Of a stretch of DNA of 64,000 nt, positions 60,922 through 64,000 are shown in pieces. Within the stretch, counting starts at the first letter, position 1, and each line of letters opens with the position of its first letter. The stretch is from a bacterium (GTDB lineage Bacteria > SAR324 > NAC60-12): positions 480,001 through 544,000 of the forward strand of contig OZ242383.1 of the NCBI GenBank assembly GCA_965209155.1. The letters are read 5' to 3'. Under the pieces are notes generated by a model. It had not been told where the DNA came from, did not search any database, and worked only from the letters and a program-made list of their open reading frames with translations. A program made the translations under genes and the position numbers.

Positions 60922-63452
60922 ATGAAACAGCTGCTCAATCAGCTCGACCTGTATTTTGAAAAAACTCCGGACTGGATCAGACAACATCGTTTTTTGGTGG
61001 GATCAATCCTTTTCCTGGTCGTCGTAATGACGGCTCTCGGGATCCCACGAATTACCATCGACCTGACCCTGGAGTCCTAACTGAAGAAAGATGATCCGAT
61101 CAAGGTCGTTTATGACCGCTTCCGGGAAACCTTCAGCAGTGATGATGGCGTTTATATTGTTTATGAAGCCAGGGATGGGGACGTTTTCTCTTCAAGTTCC
61201 TTGAACGCTTTGCATGCCTTGCATCAGGAATTGGAAGAAAACAGTGGAGGTTTTCCAGGAGAAGAAAGCTCCCCCCTCGATCACTTGGTGGACGTCACCA
61301 GCCTGATCAATGTCAGTTACCTGGAAGTGCAGGGAGACACCCTGCATTCCCGGAATTTTGTCGGTTCCGACCTTCCTGAAACGACGAAGCAGCGGGAGCA
61401 ACTGAGAATGCAGGCATTGGCTCACCCGGAATATCCCCAATTATATATTTCAGAGGATTCTCGTTTGGGGGGATCCTCATTCGTACGGATCTCGGCACTG
61501 TTCCCCTGGAAGAAGAGGAAGAATTCGAAACCATCGAATCCGACGTCCTCAGCGCAGACAATGGAGATTTTTCGCAGGAATCCACGGAATTCAAATCCAC
61601 TTCGATGGAAGAATACGCGGAGTTCAACCGGGCCATCGAACAAATCCTGCAAAAACCACAATACAAGGAGGCGTTCGATTTTTACCTGGTGGGCAACCCC
61701 CCACTGATGGGATTTTTCAATGACGTTGTATTGAAAGAACTCCGATGGGTTTTCCTGGGTACCATTTCCCTGATCGTGCTGACCCTCTGGTTTTTGTTCC
61801 GTTCTTTCAGCGCCGTGCTTTGGCCCCTGGTGGTCGTCTTATTGTCAGTCGTGATGACTTGCGGGCTGATCGGTTGGTTTGGATTGGCCATGACGCTGAT
61901 GATCAACGTTTTGATTCTGCTGATGATCGTGGTGGGCATTGCGGACGTGATTCACATTCTATCGGGCTATCTTTTTTTCCGTCGACAACAGCTGGAGCAC
62001 GCGGCAGCCATGCGTGCCGTTTACAGAAAATCAGGATTGGCCTGCCTGTTGACCAGCGTGACGACTTCGATGGGCATGCTCTCCCTGATCTTCGTACCGA
62101 TCGTGCCCATCCGGGATTTCGGCTTATCCGCAGCAATCGGAGTCATGCTGGCCTTTTTCCTCACCATCTTCATGCTGCCATTGATGCTGGATCTCTGGTC
62201 TCCCGTTTCCCGAAAACGCGCGGCAAAACTGCTCCGGGAAGCAAGCAACCAACCACTCGTGCAGAAATTTCTGGATCAATTAGAACCCCTTGCGCTGAAA
62301 TCGCCGTGGACAGTCGTACTGATTTTTTTTGCAATTGCCGGGGTGAGCCTTTACGGTCTGACACAAGTGACAATTGATTCCAATCTCGTGTCGATCATCA
62401 AGGAAGGTTTGCCCATTCGACAGGCATATCAAGTGGTCGACCGATTTATGGGCGGGGCCAACAATATGGAGATTTATATCGACCTGGAGAAATCAGAGGC
62501 CCTCAAGGACCCGCAGGTCCTGAAAGCCATGGAACACATCCAGGATACCCTGGAGAACGAATACAGCCCACCGGTGGTGCAAACCGCCTCCCTGGTAGAC
62601 GTGGTGAAAAGCACGTTCAAAGCATTGAATGAAGATCGAGAAGAAATGTTCGTAATTCCTGAAGAGGCTGGGACCCTGCAACAGACCCTGCTTATGTTTG
62701 AAACAGCAAACCCGGATGACCGTCAATTACTGGTTCCTGACGATTACAGCCGGGGAAGGATATCCGTACGGGTGCTCAATGCAGGTTCCATGGAATACGT
62801 GGACTTCATGGATCAAGTGAACGGGTTGCTTGAACAGACTTTTTCCCCGCTGAAGTCCCGCTATCCCGCCATGAATGTCGAAATCACGGGCAACCTGGGA
62901 ATGATGATGAAGTCGGTGAACTATATCAGCAAATCTCAAGTACAAAGCTTCAGCATCGCGGTGGGCGTGGTCACCCTCCTGCTCCTGGTAGTTTTTGGTT
63001 CCATCCGCGTGGGACTGCTGGCCATGGTTCCCAATGCTCTGCCCATTGCCGTCACTTTCGGCGTGATGGGATTTTTCAACATCAGCCTGGACGTGGACAC
63101 GCTGATCATTGCTCCCCTCATCATCGGAATTTCCGTGGACGATACCATTCATTTCCTCACCCACTACCGGGCCGAAATCCTGCAGCATGCCGATATTAAA
63201 GCGGCTATCCGTAAAGCCTTGAAAGAAGCCGGACAAGCCATATCCTTCACTTCGTTGGTGCTCATCGCGGGATTTCTTTTCCTGGTGGTTTCATCCCACC
63301 AGGGGTTGGCCCATTTTGGACTCCTCAGCGCGGTGGCTATCGGAACCGCGCTGGTTGCCGACTTGATCCTCCTGCCTGCTTTTTGCCAGATCGGCAACCT
63401 CACTTTCGGACAAGCAAACCTGACACCTCGAACTTCCGGAATAACTCGTTAG
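60922..63452 (+). pseudogene. MMPL/RND family transporter with an in-frame stop and a frameshift
   Basis: RBS AAGGA plus ATG at 60922; TAA at 61078; frame change near 61465-61472 (TTTGGGGGG); GIAD..H and GISVDDTIH RND motifs downstream. Confidence 0.85.
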
Positions 63453-63534
63453 GGGTGGATTCGATTCCCTTCTCTTAAGAACCGGTTTTGGATTATTAAG
63501 ATCTGAGAATAAGTGAATCAGGAGTTAAAATTGA

Positions 63535-63661
63535 GTCATTCCGGGTTTGCCCCGGAATCCAGGGGGATGCAGGCGATTTTTTGGGAGCAGTAGTTGTCGA
63601 CGCTTCAGAGGTGTTGTACAATAGGAGCATCGCATTTGGATCTCCGCTTGCGCGGGGATGA
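63535..63661. repeat. REP-like palindromic element
   Basis: GTCATTCCGGGTTTGCCCGGAATCCAG ... TGGATCTCCGCTTGCGCGGGGATGA; related to the MITE cargo. Confidence 0.7.
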
Positions 63662-63801
63662 TATTGAAATTCCTATAAGTTCAATAGAATCAAATGGATA
63701 TGTGCTCTCCTGAATGCTATTCAGGAATGATGAGTGAACACTCTCATTTTTTTTTCTGGATTCTCCTTAAAATAGACTTTATTATGATTGGAAAATTTTT
63801 T

Positions 63802-64000
63802 TTAAAAACTATATTTCATACTGAACAATATGCGATCGTTATTACGAAAGGGATAGAGAAGATTTTTTCTTTTCTCTGCTTGATAAATAACCACTCCCCC
63901 CGACAATTGCAAGGCGTCCATTATATCATAATCGGCAGTGAGACGGAACACATCCCCATTGTCTCGTGGTAGCTGCACCCAAGCAACCTGAGGATGCAAT
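63802..64000 (-). CDS. C-terminus of a probable outer-membrane beta-barrel protein (partial)
   Basis: Alternating beta-strand pattern ending ...ILFSMKYSF. Confidence 0.55.
   Translation of the reverse strand, partial: LHPQVAWVQLPRDNGDVFRLTADYDIMDALQLSGGVVIYQAEKRKNLLYPFRNNDRILFSMKYSF

Overview
Bacterial chromosomal window, probably deltaproteobacterial or SAR324-like (inferred from gene style only). 1-19 kb: three paralogous peptide/nickel-type (SBP family 5) ABC operons, none with an ATPase gene. Each is followed by a convergent toxin-antitoxin module. The ORF track misses a decayed integron here: an intI pseudogene, attI-like sites and two complete attC sites, which make at least two TA pairs gene cassettes. 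The two operons whose 5' ends are visible share a long leader module: a promoter, a 7-bp tandem repeat and a repeated GGAA-hairpin motif with a compensatory change, a candidate new cis-regulatory RNA or in-frame leader repeat. 19-35 kb: housekeeping genes (cobST, ATP-grasp, msrB, FleS/FleR-like two-component system, DUF790, acnA, DUF374, EF-G paralogue). 35-40.5 kb: small island (SulP, NucS-like nuclease, DprA+PRTase ShosTA-like pair, internally deleted IS256), then carB. 44-61 kb: accessory/defence region (IS1380 nested in an IS5 element, two MITEs with palindromic cargo, truncated TIR plus membrane effector, AlkB, atypical type II R-M, HNH nuclease, IS200, many gene remnants). The window ends with a doubly broken MMPL/RND gene. 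All calls are from reading the sequence; no searches were run.
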